Counted from the first letter of the stretch, positions 40,698 to 55,169 are shown. The stretch is 64,000 nt of DNA from Paragordius varius (GCA_964247055.1 OZ176054.1:3472001-3536000); one strand, 5' to 3'. Program-made: numbers and translations. Notes: generated from the sequence alone by a model not told the origin.

Positions 40698-42139
40698 TGT
40701 AGTGTTTGAATATAATATATTTACATGTGATTATGATACAGTTATCATAGCATAAGAGATGGCTGGCTAGTATCATCAATCTATACAAATTGATATGTGC
40801 GTAAACCTACAATCGGATACCCAATGCAATATTATATATATTTTATCGCAATTTACAATTAATTTATTTTTTTTTAAATTGAAAATTAGCTAATTTTGAC
40901 GGTTTATTAATCCATTCATCATCTTTAATTATGGTTTCATCAGTATTTTTTAACAAAGCAAAAATTTGTGTATTAACTAATATATGGTTGTATTCTATAA
41001 TATATGTATATATATCACATTTTAGAATCAAATTCAAAGTGCACGAATATATGGAAATTTTAATCCATTTTTATATGTAAAATATAATGGTTGCTCATTA
41101 TTAAATTCTTAATAAAATGTATGGTACCATGTTTTTTTTAATTACATTGTTGATGTTGGCACTTTTTAACTGACACCGGTTTCGATAGGCATGAAACTAC
41201 TCTGTTTTTTTAAATAGCGGTTGCGGTTTTATACGCTAAAATAGATAGTTCCTACATTTTTTGATCTCTATGATTTACAGTTAAGATAATTGTATAATAA
41301 AAATTTAAATTGTTAATTTTATTTTAGGACAACAAATAATTTTTTAAATATAATATTATTCGTCTGCCGATTGGAGATGTGGGAAATATATACCATGAAT
41401 GAAAAACAGTTAGTTGAATTTCTATAATCATAAAACTGATACAATTTAATTTCTCTTAAAAGATTTACAACCTAATATTTAAGACAACCACTGCTAAATG
41501 CAAAATCAATAAACATTCCTACATATATTTTTTTATTATTTTTAACATATTTTGTTTGGCATTATTTGCTAATTTATTTGATACAAAAATAACAATTTGG
41601 CTTTTATACGGATTTTTAATGGGCAAGTTAGTTAAAAACTTAAAAAAGCGCTTAAAACCAACCATGTTTCTCCATAATTTAAAGATTTACATGGGTTATG
41701 AAATTTTGTGAATCACCCAAATATATTTAATATTATATCTATTAAATAAGTTTAAAATACTCTTAACGGGTTAATTACATAATAAAATAGGAAATTAAAG
41801 TCGACATTTTAAAAATTTATTTTGTTAATATTTTATATAACAGTACACCCTTATAATCACCACGATCGTGAAAATACATGTAAAATTTTTACATGGAAAA
41901 GTAGCAGAAAAATAATTAAATTTTTGTGAGGTATATGCAAATTTTAGCGGTATTGTGTAAAAAAACCAGTTTTTAAAGGCAAAAAGTAAGTGAAAATTAT
42001 ATTTTAATTAAATGGAGCTTTATTTTAGGAAATTTGTTGGAGGGCTATATACTGTATACTTAAGGATGGAAAATTTTATTAGAATGAGCTTAAGGAAACT
42101 AGTAATTCATTAATATATGATTTATTGAATAATCGTTAA

Positions 42140-43119
42140 TTACAATTATAAAATCAAATTTAATCTTCACAATGATAAGTTTGATTTTGGTAAATGACCT
42201 AAAAAATATATGAAAAATGTATATATTTTTTTTTAATTATCCAAATTATTTGACAATACCTGATATATGAGATATTTTTGATGGACAAGTTTTTCGTTAT
42301 TTTGATCGTTGTGGATTTGAGAGCCAAAACTGTTAATAAAGGCTACAATTTTTTCAAAATTGGTCTTTTGATGTTGAAGTATTTGATTACAAGTATCTAT
42401 GATATAAAATATAGCAAAAACCATTTTATAGTCTTTGTAGATCAATATTATAATTTAACCATTTTTTATTAATATTTTTAAGTTACTATCAAAATACTAA
42501 TGACCTATAAATTTAAATTAATAGGTATCTTTTAAGGAGAAAAAATACGATCTGGCATAAAAACTTTATAAGATACTAACTTTTGATTTAATTTACCTGA
42601 TATGTTCAAAGTAGCCATATCATCTACTGAAAATGAAGCTGTTATAATGGTTTCTTGATTTTTTGATATTGATTCACAAAGGTTCATACAGTTTTGTATA
42701 CAACTTTGAAGTATAAAGTAAAGTTGGCTTGATGAAAATTTCAACAAATTCTCCATTTCATAATTTCGATTGACAATTTTATCAACTTCACAGAATATGG
42801 AGTTTGGAGACTATATATATACCATTTAAAATTACCCTTAAATAATTCAAATTCACCCTTGAACAATTCAAATTCACCCTCGAACAATTCAAATTTACCC
42901 TCAAATAAAATATATTTTTTTTAAGATTAAAAAATACCTATATTTTTATATATTTTTAAATAATAAAAATTTTGTTTAAATTAAAATAGTACTGAAAAAA
43001 TAATAAACTATGTCATAAAGATGTATTTCATATTAATAATGAGTTATATTTGTTCGAAAATACATAATTTATTTTTAGGGTAGATTGAATTGTTCAAGGG
43101 TGAATTTAACTGTAAATAG

Positions 43120-43150
<31 letters not shown>

Positions 43151-43837
43151 GCAGATAATTTTAACTTTATAGAAATTTACTTAATTTAACATTCATATAT
43201 AAATAAAATCAACAAGTTGAATCACACACATTATGACGAAAGGTAAATTTATAATTAATTTTTATATCATGAATACTTTTAATAGTATAGGTTGATCGTA
43301 ACAATTTTTAATGCCTTACTTTTCAAGATAAGATTATTATATTCGTTATAATATAAAATAATCGGAACCACAGTTTTATAACCATTTAAAATCGGTTTTA
43401 ATTTTCAAAATATCAGTTTTTTTGAAAAAACGATATAATTTTTCAATAAATCAACAGTATAATATATTTTTCTTACAATACTTAATTATTTTTTGGAAAA
43501 TACATATAAATGTTTCCCAAGAAATTGTAAAATAAATTTGTGAAATTGAAATACCTATTGTGGCTATTAAAAAAATTATGTATAAACCTTCACATCGTTG
43601 TCACTTTCATTGATAACATATCTTTCTGATAGAAATATCACACAAGTCAGGAATGTTTGACAAACTTCCTACCATCATAAATAAAATTAAGATCATTTAA
43701 AAAAAGATCGATCGTATGGTTATAACCTAGCTTACTTTTTAAAAAAAATTAAACTGAAATCTATAAATTTAAAAATTACTTCCGTAAGCATATCTAACCC
43801 ATGTAACCATACTCGCAACTCACGCAAAAATTCTTCT

Positions 43838-43883
<46 letters not shown>

Positions 43884-46800
43884 CATTATATATATATATA
43901 TATTTGATATACATTATACAATTTAATGGTTGCTTATTTCACACTATAGTATGCAACACAGTAGTATATGGAAAAAACAACAAAATAATGCATTTTTCGA
44001 TATAACCTACTAAATTATAAATTTGGTTAACAATATGTATCCCCATTTCTTATACCGTAATCAATCCAAGAAACCTCTAAGACTATTAATTTTACCTTTT
44101 ATGTTTTTTATTATATTTATATTTGTTGAATTGACATTTTAATTAATGTAAATGCAATACATATGATCAAAATAAAACATTTTAACGCAAAAAACAAAAG
44201 TTTGTAGTTTTTATAAAAACTATTAGGATATGATGAAATATTTAATTGAAATAATAAAAGTACCTTGCATTTCCATTTTCTCAGGTGAAAGTAAAGGAAT
44301 TTGGTCACTATAATGTATTTGCCAGCTCTCAAAGGTATCAATTACGCTCTATTTAATGTTAAATTAACAATTAATTATCTTTAAATAATCTTAATATAGA
44401 AACACAAATTTTAATATATATATATATATATATTAATGTTAAAAATGTATATTCTCTTTATAAAAACTATAAAAAAAATATGTTTTTTTTTAAAGACATT
44501 ACTATTAAATTTATTATAATTTTAGGGTAGATCGCTAAATTACTTATTTTTGGACCAAGAACATAGAATCACAAATGTTCATAATTATGTGTTAGGAGGA
44601 GGGATAAAATATATAAATTAACACCATTTTTTCAATTAATAACCGTACAATTTAAAAAAAAAAGTAACTAGAAATCTTTAATTTTTATAAGAGACATATA
44701 ATTAGGGGTGTCAAACATAAGGGATTCAGGGTTTACACATTACCTCAATAAATTTACTATATTAATTGTAAAGAACAAAGACTTTCTAAAATCTGAATGC
44801 AAACTTTAAAATTATAATTTTTTTTTCATGGTTGATTTTGAGTTATAGAAATCTTATTTATTTTTTATAACACGTTAAAATAATAAAAATAATAAAATAA
44901 TACATAAAGATATGTTTAAAAATAACAAAAAAAAATTAAAATTTTCTTTTTAACATTGGCGGTCTCAAAATGCCCAAAAATTAGTGACTTTTTGGATAGG
45001 CAGGTATATTTAATTTAAACGATTTAAACAAAAAACGTCGCGCCTTATTTAAAAATTGGGAAGTGGATTCATGATGATCTACGTGAGCTAATTAACTTTG
45101 TAAATTTAAAAAAAGTGATTTGAGGGGACCGACCGACCTTGTATTAAAACTTACCATGTATAATTGGTAAAATTTGTATTCATTGATGATTAAACCAAAT
45201 TCTGTGGACATTTCATTGTTGGTTGTTTTCTGGAATTAATTTATAAATTATTAATAAAAACATTTTAGCAAAAAAAACAATCAAAAATAAATAAATAAAT
45301 AAAATTACTGCCAAAAAATCTGTGATTAATGGATTATTGCTGATTTCATTCAATAATTTGCGGGATTCGTCAATCTTTTCGTTGCCTAAAACAAAATAAC
45401 TTTTGAATAATAATTACAAACTACCAAAAAATAAATTTTTCCAGAGGTTGATTATTATATTTATTGAATCTACCATAGCTACATGGTTAATTAAGATTCG
45501 ATCCTTTTTTTAATTATCAAAATTATATTTTAAAATAAATATTTTATAGTCTTTTCTAAATATTCAACATCAACATGATATCTAACACAAAATTACTAAT
45601 TAATCCCCGGATGACATTATTACAAATGTGAAAAAATAAGGCTTCCAAAGATAAAATATAATCGTTGCTCATTTCTTGGGTTAACTCAGTTTTTTGCCCA
45701 AATTGTGATATGATGCACGAAATAATAATCAACATCCATTCAATCATTTCAACCTATGTTAAAAAATATCAAATGTTATCAAAAAATGTGTCAGAACAAA
45801 AAGTGTGAAAGATTTATAGTATCTAAAATATTTTAACTTAAAGTTATAAAAAGGTGATATATAAAAGAATTCATTAATATATATATATCAACAGAATATT
45901 TTATTGTCCCGATAATTTTAGTTTAATTATGATTATTAAAAATCATCCTAACAAAATCGTTTTGGCTTGTTTTTCAATTATTCGTGAAAACAATTGTTTA
46001 TTATTTTCAGATAACCAGAGAAAAATGCAACAATTTGAAACAATATTATCATTCTTAACCAAAAAATATATAAACTTCAATTTTAATCAAAGGATGTATT
46101 TTAAAATATATAATAAACATAAATAACCCAGATATAGATAATTTAAAAATAAACATTCAAACTCACATCAAATGTTAATTTAACATTCGTGTTTTCATCT
46201 TTGTACGATGATAAGCCAGCATTTATTGCTATTTCGTCTCTTTTAATCCACCATTCTTGAACAAACAAACTCCAATAAGTATTTGTTGAGTTGATGTTTG
46301 AAGTTGAATTAAATACAGGAGGAGTTATTAATAGATGTGTGACAAGAGAGGTAGTCTCGTTGGTTTCTAAATATCATGTAAAGGTTTAATGTAAATCATT
46401 AAATGATAGAAGGTGTCTTACATTTGTAAATTTTTAACTATTTAAATTTAAAATTAAAAATGTTTTATATACCATAGTATAAATTCACCCTTGAACAATT
46501 CTAATTCACCCTCAAACAATTCCAATTCATTCTAAAATAAATTATGTGTTTTTTAAGATAAAAATTACCTTTATTTTATAATATTTTTAAAATATAAATT
46601 CTGTTTATAATATAATGCTGAAAAAATATAAACTATCTTGTGAAAATATATTTCATGGTAAAGATGAGTTATAATATCCTGAAAACACATTATTTATTTT
46701 TTGGGTGAATTTTAACTATTCTAACGTAAATTAAAATTAAAAATGTTTACCTATTGTTTATATAAAATAATTTTAAAAATGACCTAATATAATTATAATT

Positions 46801-49800
46801 TTAATACTTGGCACATACTTTTATGTATGCAAAACGATAATATTTATATATAAACTAAACACAAAACATTTACCGGTTTATTTAGTATAAAATTTACTAA
46901 ATTTTTATAACATAATATCAAATAAATATTTTATCAACAATTAACCTTTAGGTTTTAATCGCAATTCATGTGAATTTGCTAAAAATATCTTTTCTGCCAA
47001 CTTTAATTTATCCATTTTTTGTGCCGGGGTTGGTAATACTTGTTTCACTATTACTTCATGGATGGCCGTATCTAATTAGAGTGAGAGGTAAAATATATAG
47101 GGATATTTTCGCAAAAATATAATTCAGTTTTTTTTATTGAAAAGAAATATATAATTAATTAATATCTGGAGAAAAAATATTAATTTTACCAATAAAAAAT
47201 GAGACAAGCCTATTCCATTGATAGGTGGGCGGAAGCAATGTCACATATTCAAAAAACAACTCATGTTCGTTGCAATACAAAAGATTCTACATTGCAAAAA
47301 ATTGTGGAGTATATTAAAAATTGAAATTAAAAAATTAAATTTAAAAAACAAAAAGACTAATATATTTTTATAATTTATCCAACCATAGATTTAAACACTG
47401 ATATTTATTTGAATATAATCTATTGTTTTGGATGGCAAAATAAAGTATAGACATGTAAATTGGCAACACCTAAAAAATGTATCAGTCCCAATTTTACTCA
47501 TATGTGTCATACAGATACAAAATCATGGTAAGAAAGGCTGTTTTTGGGAAAAAATTTTTTTACTAATTTAAAATTTATACAGTATAGGCGTATTTGTAAT
47601 GCTTAAAATAAGAAAAAAACTCAAATATTTTGATAAATAAGAATTATATATATAATTGACTGTCAAATATTTTTATAAGCTTTTCCTTATTTTTTCGACT
47701 AGGATTATTAGAGTTGTTTAAAATAGGGTGGTATAGACTTTCAACTCTATATTTAGCAGCAGTAATCTTAATCTAATTAGCTAATATATCTATATGTATG
47801 TTAAAAATATCATTCACTTAAAACAATCTTTTTGATATTGCGGTTCTATTCTATGTATAAAAATATATTTTTCTTATCATTTATACTTTTACCGTTATAA
47901 AACTCTCAAGTTTATAAACCTTAACATAAGAATCTAGTATGGAAAAAATGCAGTATTCATATTCCACATCTTGTAAAACAGTCCTAATTTTGTAAATGTT
48001 GCGATTACTCTTTGTAGGTGAATTCAATCTGTCATCTATTATAAAATAATTAATGTGGAAGAAAATATATTTATGGTGCTTATTTTTTATAACAAAAGTT
48101 AAAATTATAAGAAATAACCATATTCAATATTACCTATCGTTTTGGCTTACACAAAAGCATTAAAGATATAACTTGATTGTAACAACTCAATTATATATTT
48201 CACGAGAAACATTTAAATTATATAGAAAAAATCAAAATTTAAACAAGTAGACTACTGTCTTTGCATAAAATTGTGTCAATTTTTACTTTTTTTTCTAAAT
48301 ACATTTTTAATTTTTACTGAAACCTAAGTTTTTACCTGTGAGGCTATTAGTAGAATCTACATCTATATCAACAAGCATTTGTTGATCTATTTCTTGCCAA
48401 AAATTACCTAAGCTCAAGGTTAAATGCACCAAAAACCGATTAATGTGCAATAAGGGAAGATTTAAACTTTTGATTCTATGAGTTTCAATCAGAGCATCTG
48501 ATGTATGTTGTTGTTTCGCATGGCAGGTTAAATTAGTTTTACTATTATCATTGTTATATAATCCCAGGGTAGAATTTATATCACTGCACGTATTACGAAT
48601 AAATTGTAACAAACCTAATCTCATATATAATAGAGTATGGAAATATTATTAAAACATGGGGGCATATATTGCGTAATTACCCCGAATTTTGCCTATAAAA
48701 GTTTCCAAAAATCAACAGAGATGTATAAAAATAAGACATATAATATAATAAAATTTTTAATTCTTTTAAGTTTATTGTCAATAATTACTGGATACAATTA
48801 GATTTAATATAAATTTTTTTCAAATGATACAACCAAATGATATAATAATACCATTTAAAGATATTAAGGGTTAATGTAAGATCTAAGTACATAAATATTT
48901 TTACATAAAAATCAACAGAATAAAAAAACTACTTACCAGTTAAATCATTTAACATAAGAAGTTTGATAATGTGTTTTAGAATGGCTTCATTAACTTGGTA
49001 CAATTTACGAATTTGGTTTTGCAGACTTTTTCTTTCCATAACAAATAAGGTATTTGTTTGATAGGTAATATTTGTGTCATCAGATAGGGAAAATGCCACA
49101 TCAAATCGTGTTGAAAGAGGAGTAATATGCAATGCTTTTTCCACACTTTCAAAAATGTCCTCCAAATTATTTCTAATAAAAGAATATAAAAGATTAAAAA
49201 TAGTAATCAATACACATTTTTTCGTCTTAAAAGAAACAAAAATTTTAATTTTACAAACAACAATTATTCATTCAAAGACAAGTTAAACCCAAAAATTCAT
49301 CATTTTTTATTTAGAATCAATTTTTGCGTAATATCAGTCTTTGTATTATGTGATTGTCTGCAATAAAATGTTAATATCGTTTAAGTATTATGTAGATAAA
49401 AGAAAATTGTTTTTAAATCTATGAAGTTTGATGTAATCTTTTCCCCCTTTCTATTAGCGTCTAATCTTCTCAATGATAATATAAAAATATTCGGGTATGT
49501 AAAAATAAACAGGCACAAAAAACAACTCTATCACCGAAACCAGATAAAGAGTTACAATTATAATTGGATGCAATTCAATATTAAATTAAATATTTATTGA
49601 AGCTATTTAGTTTGATCAAGTCTACGTAGAAGAGAATTATAATTTAGATATAATTGAATGAATTTTTGAAAGTGCCATTTGGATTAGTACAACAAGTAAT
49701 CTTTATCAAACGTAAAAGCTTAAAAATATAAAGTATAATTCATTCAATTAGAGTTGAATTATGATTTTTAAAATAAAACAATATCCAAATATGGTGTTAT

Positions 49801-50114
49801 TTTAATAAATAAGTAATTTAATTTTCCATAGCCAATATTTTAATCTGTACTTGTATTAAAATTTAAGATTCTATCAAAGTCATATATAAAATATGTAAAA
49901 ATAATTGTTATGTAAATTGATTTTTACATTTGATTCCAGTATTCATTTGGTAGCTCAGTAGCCGATAAACAGTATTTGTCATCGGTATTATTTCCATTTC
50001 CAAAATTAACTAAATGATCATATTTTGAAGGATTCTGTTTTAAAATAGCTTCAGTTTGAATGTCGACAAGTGTCTAGGTTGAAATATATCAAATTATCAA
50101 TTAATTTGTTTTAG

Positions 50115-50145
<31 letters not shown>

Positions 50146-52577
50146 CTAAAAGGCCCTAATTTTAATTTATAAACTTTAATGATGCAAAAATATAAATAAA
50201 TTTCCTCATTTTATCAAACATTAATTATTATATATTTTTTTAAGGCGCAGTATATATTTACAATAGAATAGCCTTATGAATTTTCACGTAAGATAAAATC
50301 AACATAGAATAATTGATTAATTATGAGCAATTAAGGAAAACGTTCAGTTCAAACATTAACATATAAAACTATTTTTGTAATGAAAAAAAAGGAATTAAAA
50401 AAAGTAAAAACCTTCATATGAACCCATAATAGATCCCACCAAGAATCACACGTGATAATTGGTAATATAGCTTTTGTATTACCACATAAAGCACCGTATA
50501 CAGCAATTTCATAGGGATTTATAAGGGTTTGATATTGAATCTTTATAAATATTTGGTTTAAAATGAAAATATAATATAGGATCGGAGAGTTTTTTAATTG
50601 GGAAGCATTAACCCATATAATTTACATTAAAAAAGAAAATTTATAACGCCAAAAATAAAATAATGTTAAAGACCTTATGTTACATTATATATAGAATTGA
50701 TTAGGTTGTTTACTAATTTTGCAACTCAAAAAGATAAATTTAAATTAAAAAAAGTAATAATGTGGTTGTTCTTATTAAAAAAATATTATTATTATATTTT
50801 CATGATATTAATGATTTTACATCATTTATATCTACATAGATCAAATATTTTTACGCATTATAAAAATAGTTTACATCTCTTTGATAATCTCCATACATGC
50901 GCCAACATATATTTTTCCATAAAATGCGATTTATGTTGCCTTCACGAAAGCCAAGATTTTCTGTTATAAATTCATTTAAAATTATAACTATAATTAATTT
51001 AAAAAAAAATTATCAGAAAAAGGATTAAAAAAACAAACCGTTATCGCTAACTATTTCATCATTTGATTCATATTCATAATGATAAAGTTTATACCCCTGT
51101 AAAGAGTTATAACGCCAATCTTGACCAGTTCGTTTGCATATTTCCAATATCTAAGTGAATTAATTTAATAACTTCAATCAGGTTAGGTTTGGGTTTAATT
51201 TAATTAGAACCCTAATTTTATCCGCTAATAAAAGTAACCAGTCAAAAAAGATCACGTTTTATGAAAAAAGATGTAAAAGTTGTATTATAACACAATTTGG
51301 CTTATGATTATTATAATTAATATAATGAAAACCAATTTAATGGGTAGTTAATTTGATTTCGACTACTTTATACATAAAAATTTTGTGGTATTAAGCAATT
51401 ATAGTTCGAACCTGTATGACTGCATTTATAAGTCATAATTTTAATTTTTTGGTACTAGAACACTAAACCCGTGAAATGTAATTAATATATTGATTTATAT
51501 GACTGTGATTAAAATGTTATCAAATATATTTATTAATGAAAGACGTTCAATAATATATTATTTTTCAAATTTATAAATTATTACTTTATCCATCTTTCCA
51601 GACCGTATACAGCCAAATATGCACTTTAGTAATTTTTCTTCATATTCCTACAAGACATATAGAAAAAAATTAAGTTTAATGATGAAATTTATACCGCTAA
51701 AAATTAAAAAATAATGAAATTTTTTTACCAATTTTTTTCTTTAGTGAAAAGAAACTATCTATAATCACTAAAAGTAAATTACCCTATCAATCGGCGAAAT
51801 GGATCTCTTTTGTCTTGTGCATGCATCGGGATCCTATTAACAAATTGTTATAATGTTATGGCCCTTTAAAATAGTTTTTGAAATTTTGATGTTTTTATTA
51901 AATTATTTTTGTATGCTTTACATAAAAAAATTGTATTATATGATATAAAAATTAATACTTACGAAAAAGATAATTAGCGTACTGTTTTGAGCAGCGTTTT
52001 TAACGATGTTCTTTGTGTTATCACTAGAGTGAAAAAAAAATTATTTACATTTTTATAATTTATTTTATTAAAAAGCAGATATACAGAAAAGTATAGGGCA
52101 TATTGAACAAAGTATGCAATTCACCATCTATATCAAGATCGTTACATTCCTCGAGCCAGGATAAAAACTTTACATTTTCCCTGAAACTGACATTATTTTC
52201 GATCGCATTTAATATAATGCGCTTGGGGGAAAACATTTTTGAATCAAGATTGTGAGGGAAATTTGAATATTTTAACTTTGAAAGGGTTAAATTTTGTAGA
52301 AGCAACCAAAATTTTGATTCAAAGCTCAAAAACTTTTTTTCTAGTTCAAGTTCTTGAATAAGACTAAAGAATGGTATTCATATATATAATATACTTATAA
52401 TTGTGAGCATTATCACGAATATTTTTTATTAAAATATCTAAAGTTTCCGAGCATATCTAAAATTTAGTAATATTTTACTAATTGATATTCATTTAAAATT
52501 TCGGATATAGAGGTATTAAAATTTTGCTGATAATTTAATACATTTTTAAATGCTAAAAATGTGCTCGGACTGTCCAT
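42140..52577 (-). CDS. NUP107: Nuclear pore complex protein Nup107 (>20 exons)
   Basis: Minus-strand exons in correct Nup107 order: SFESKFWLL..FLSWLEE (~52100-52330), DPDACTRQKRSISPIDR (~51785-51833), LLKCIFGCIRSGKMDK (~51600), CKRTGQDWR..LQGYKLYH (~51100), EGNINRILWKNICWRM (~50900), YEIAVYGALCGNTKAILP..WWDLLWVHMK (~50450), ELPNEYWNQINNLEDIFE, INRFLVHL, IEWML, DTFESW, VWLHGLDMLT. The start and the last exon are uncertain. Confidence 0.9.
42822..43119. mobile_element. Family C MITE in a NUP107 intron
   Basis: TA|CCATTT...TGTAAATAG|TA with 21-bp AAATTCACCCT(T/C)GAACAATTC repeats. Colinear with the 26226 copy. Confidence 0.75.
46472..46735. mobile_element. Family C MITE (degenerate) in a NUP107 intron
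   Basis: Colinear with the 26226 and 42822 copies; ends eroded. Confidence 0.65.
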
Positions 52578-54588
52578 GCTTTTAGATGAATGTATTGTCA
52601 CAATCCTTATTACATAGTACCAATATAAAAAACACAAGTCCACAAAAATATAACCTGTTGAAATATATATATTATAGGAAAATGTATCAAGATTATCATG
52701 GTTATTTGGTTTTGGCCCATATGAGTGATATAAAAAAGTTAATTGCACTTTTTTGTAAATTGGTCTGTATCAGAAAATGGCAAAATTTACGCACAATTTT
52801 TTAAATATTTTTTTTAGTAAAGGCTAAATAACTCATTCCAATACAAATATTATAAACTCCCAATAAAAAGCAAAACAATATTAAAAATAATGAATTTTTT
52901 GATATAAGCTTCAAAAGTCTCATCCTAAAATAAGTTAGTTCTTAAATAAACACAAAACGCCGGGATTGCGCTATAAAATTTTAAATATATGCTAATTTTG
53001 ACATAAAAAAATATTTCTTAAAAATGTATATTTTTCAAAAATTTAATTTTGAGCAAAATATTGTTAGACTACATAATAGTTTGAGGGATGTGGAAACGGC
53101 ATAAAAACGATTTAAGATATAATAAAAACACTTTTTCCAAGATGAAGAAAACATTTTTCCTTATAAATTCGATTAATATATTCGTTCGCTTCTAATTTCT
53201 GCTTAATATAAATTGCCTTTTCTATAAAAAATCAGAAAAATTTTGAAATAACCAACTTAAAATCAGGAGCAATAGAAACAACATCTAATTATATAAAGAG
53301 AGTGTTTTCATAATATCTAAAAGCGTTATACCGTTTTATGCCCAAAAATAGAATTAAGCAGGCTTCAACATAATTTTACTAAAAATTGTATTTTTCTGAA
53401 TATATGAATTTAATAAATAAATTTTTGTGATCAAAATTTAGTGTATATTTAAAAGTTAAATAGCGCAATCCCGACATTTTTGATTTATTCAGGTGAACTA
53501 GCCCATTTTTAAAGAGCGAAAAAATTTAGGAATTTCGGAGCTTACATCTAAAAATCATTTTTTAAAAAAATTGTTTAGCTTTTTAAAGGAGTTTTTGAAA
53601 TATTTTAATATTGGAATAAAGCATTTATATTGCAACAAAAAATATTAATTAAAAGAAATGGCGCAATTTTTATTTTCAGATATGCAACACTTAAAAAAGT
53701 GTAAATACTTTTTTTACTAGTAATGTCCAAAACTAAAAGTACCTTGATAATCTTGATACATGTTCATATCAGAAAATATAATTTTCGGGTTTTTTATATC
53801 CCCTGATTCCGGACGCAGTATAATTTATATGAGTCGATGTTATTTTTAGAATCCTTAATATGAACGAAATTGGGAACAAAAATATCCTAGTAAATATACA
53901 TATATATATATATGTACAGTGAAAAAAAATAATTTATATAAGGTTGCTATGAAAGGTTTTCAGTATTAAAATGAACGGATAAGAATAGTAACTATTATAC
54001 AATCTAGAAAGAAACAAGATTTACATAATGATTAGATGCGAGTTATTAATGTTTTATACCGTTTTTTTTAATATGTGCACGTTTGGGTAACTGCTCTATA
54101 TCAGAAAATGGCAAGATCTGCCTAAGTCATATAAATTTATTGTTAAGCCAAATATATTCTGAAAAATATCACTAAGTCAACTACATATAAAAAGCAAAGC
54201 AATATTTTTATAAAACTTAAATTTTAGATGTGGGTTCCGAAAGTGTAAACTTTTCGGAGGTTTTCTAAAAGGGCAAGTTCTGTTAAAATAAAGGAGAAAA
54301 GACCAAAATTGCGCACAAATATTTTTAATATGTGCTAAATATTGACATCAAAAAAATTTTTTCGAAAAAATGGATATGTTTTAAAATTTATACCAATATT
54401 TTGGACTGACTTTTATGCTATTTGAAGCATAATAATGGAAACCGTTTAAAATATTAAGCCATTAGTATATAATTTGATATTGCTGCATATTTTATTACAC
54501 CGAATTGTAACTCAAACGTTTGTTTTTAAATTTAGGAATATTAAAAAAACAGTTTATTGACATAAGAGTGAAAATGAACCAATATATA

Positions 54589-55169
54589 CCATTTGCACTT
54601 CAAGAGTGTCCTAGAACACTTCAAGTTGGTCCTTGAACAATTCAAGTGCGTCCCAAGTTGGTCCTTGAACACTTCAAGTTGGCCTATTTTCTATTATTTA
54701 ACATCAATTTTAAATCGATATCAACTTTTAATATTTAAGAAACCTTATATCTTTATTAATTTCTTAAAATAATTTTGGATATTTTTAAGATTTTAACATG
54801 AAATTAAAAAATATATGAGTTTTCTGGGTTATTAATTAAAAAAAATTTTTGAGTAAAAACATTTAAAAGTCAATAATTTTGTTCAATTGAAAAAAAATAG
54901 TTTGAAACAAAAAAGTGATTTTTAAATAAAATTTTATTTTTAAATGAATAAATATATAATAATTAAAGAAAATTAGATTAATAAATAATTAAATAAAGAA
55001 AATGCAAAAATTATGGTTAAATCAAAATTTATAAATTTTAAGGACCACCTTGAAGTGTTCAAGGACCAACTTGAAATGTTCAAGGACCAACTTGAACTGT
55101 TCCAGGACCAACTTGAATTGTTCAAGGACCAACTTGAAGTGTTCAAGGACACTCTTGAAGTGCAAATGG
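54589..55169. mobile_element. Family C-related MITE (581 bp) with long TIRs and 21-bp subterminal repeats
   Basis: TA|CCATTTGCACTTCAAGAGTGTCC ... GGACACTCTTGAAGTGCAAATGG|TA. The inverted repeat extends ~58 bp with one mismatch, and TTCAAGTTGGTCCTTGAACA(C/A) units are tandem at both ends. Confidence 0.9.

Noticed and set aside
42576-42596. Candidate 21-nt intron in NUP107
   Set aside because: The donor at 42596 joins in phase to the downstream DTCNQ exon, while the 21-nt parse runs into a stop.
43564-43587. Candidate 24-nt intron in NUP107
   Set aside because: It leads to an immediate stop; the donor is better paired with the acceptor near 42811.
54589-54690. Short direct repeats that superficially resemble a CRISPR array
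   Set aside because: The units are contiguous with no unique spacers, lie inside a TIR element, and there are no cas genes in this eukaryotic context.
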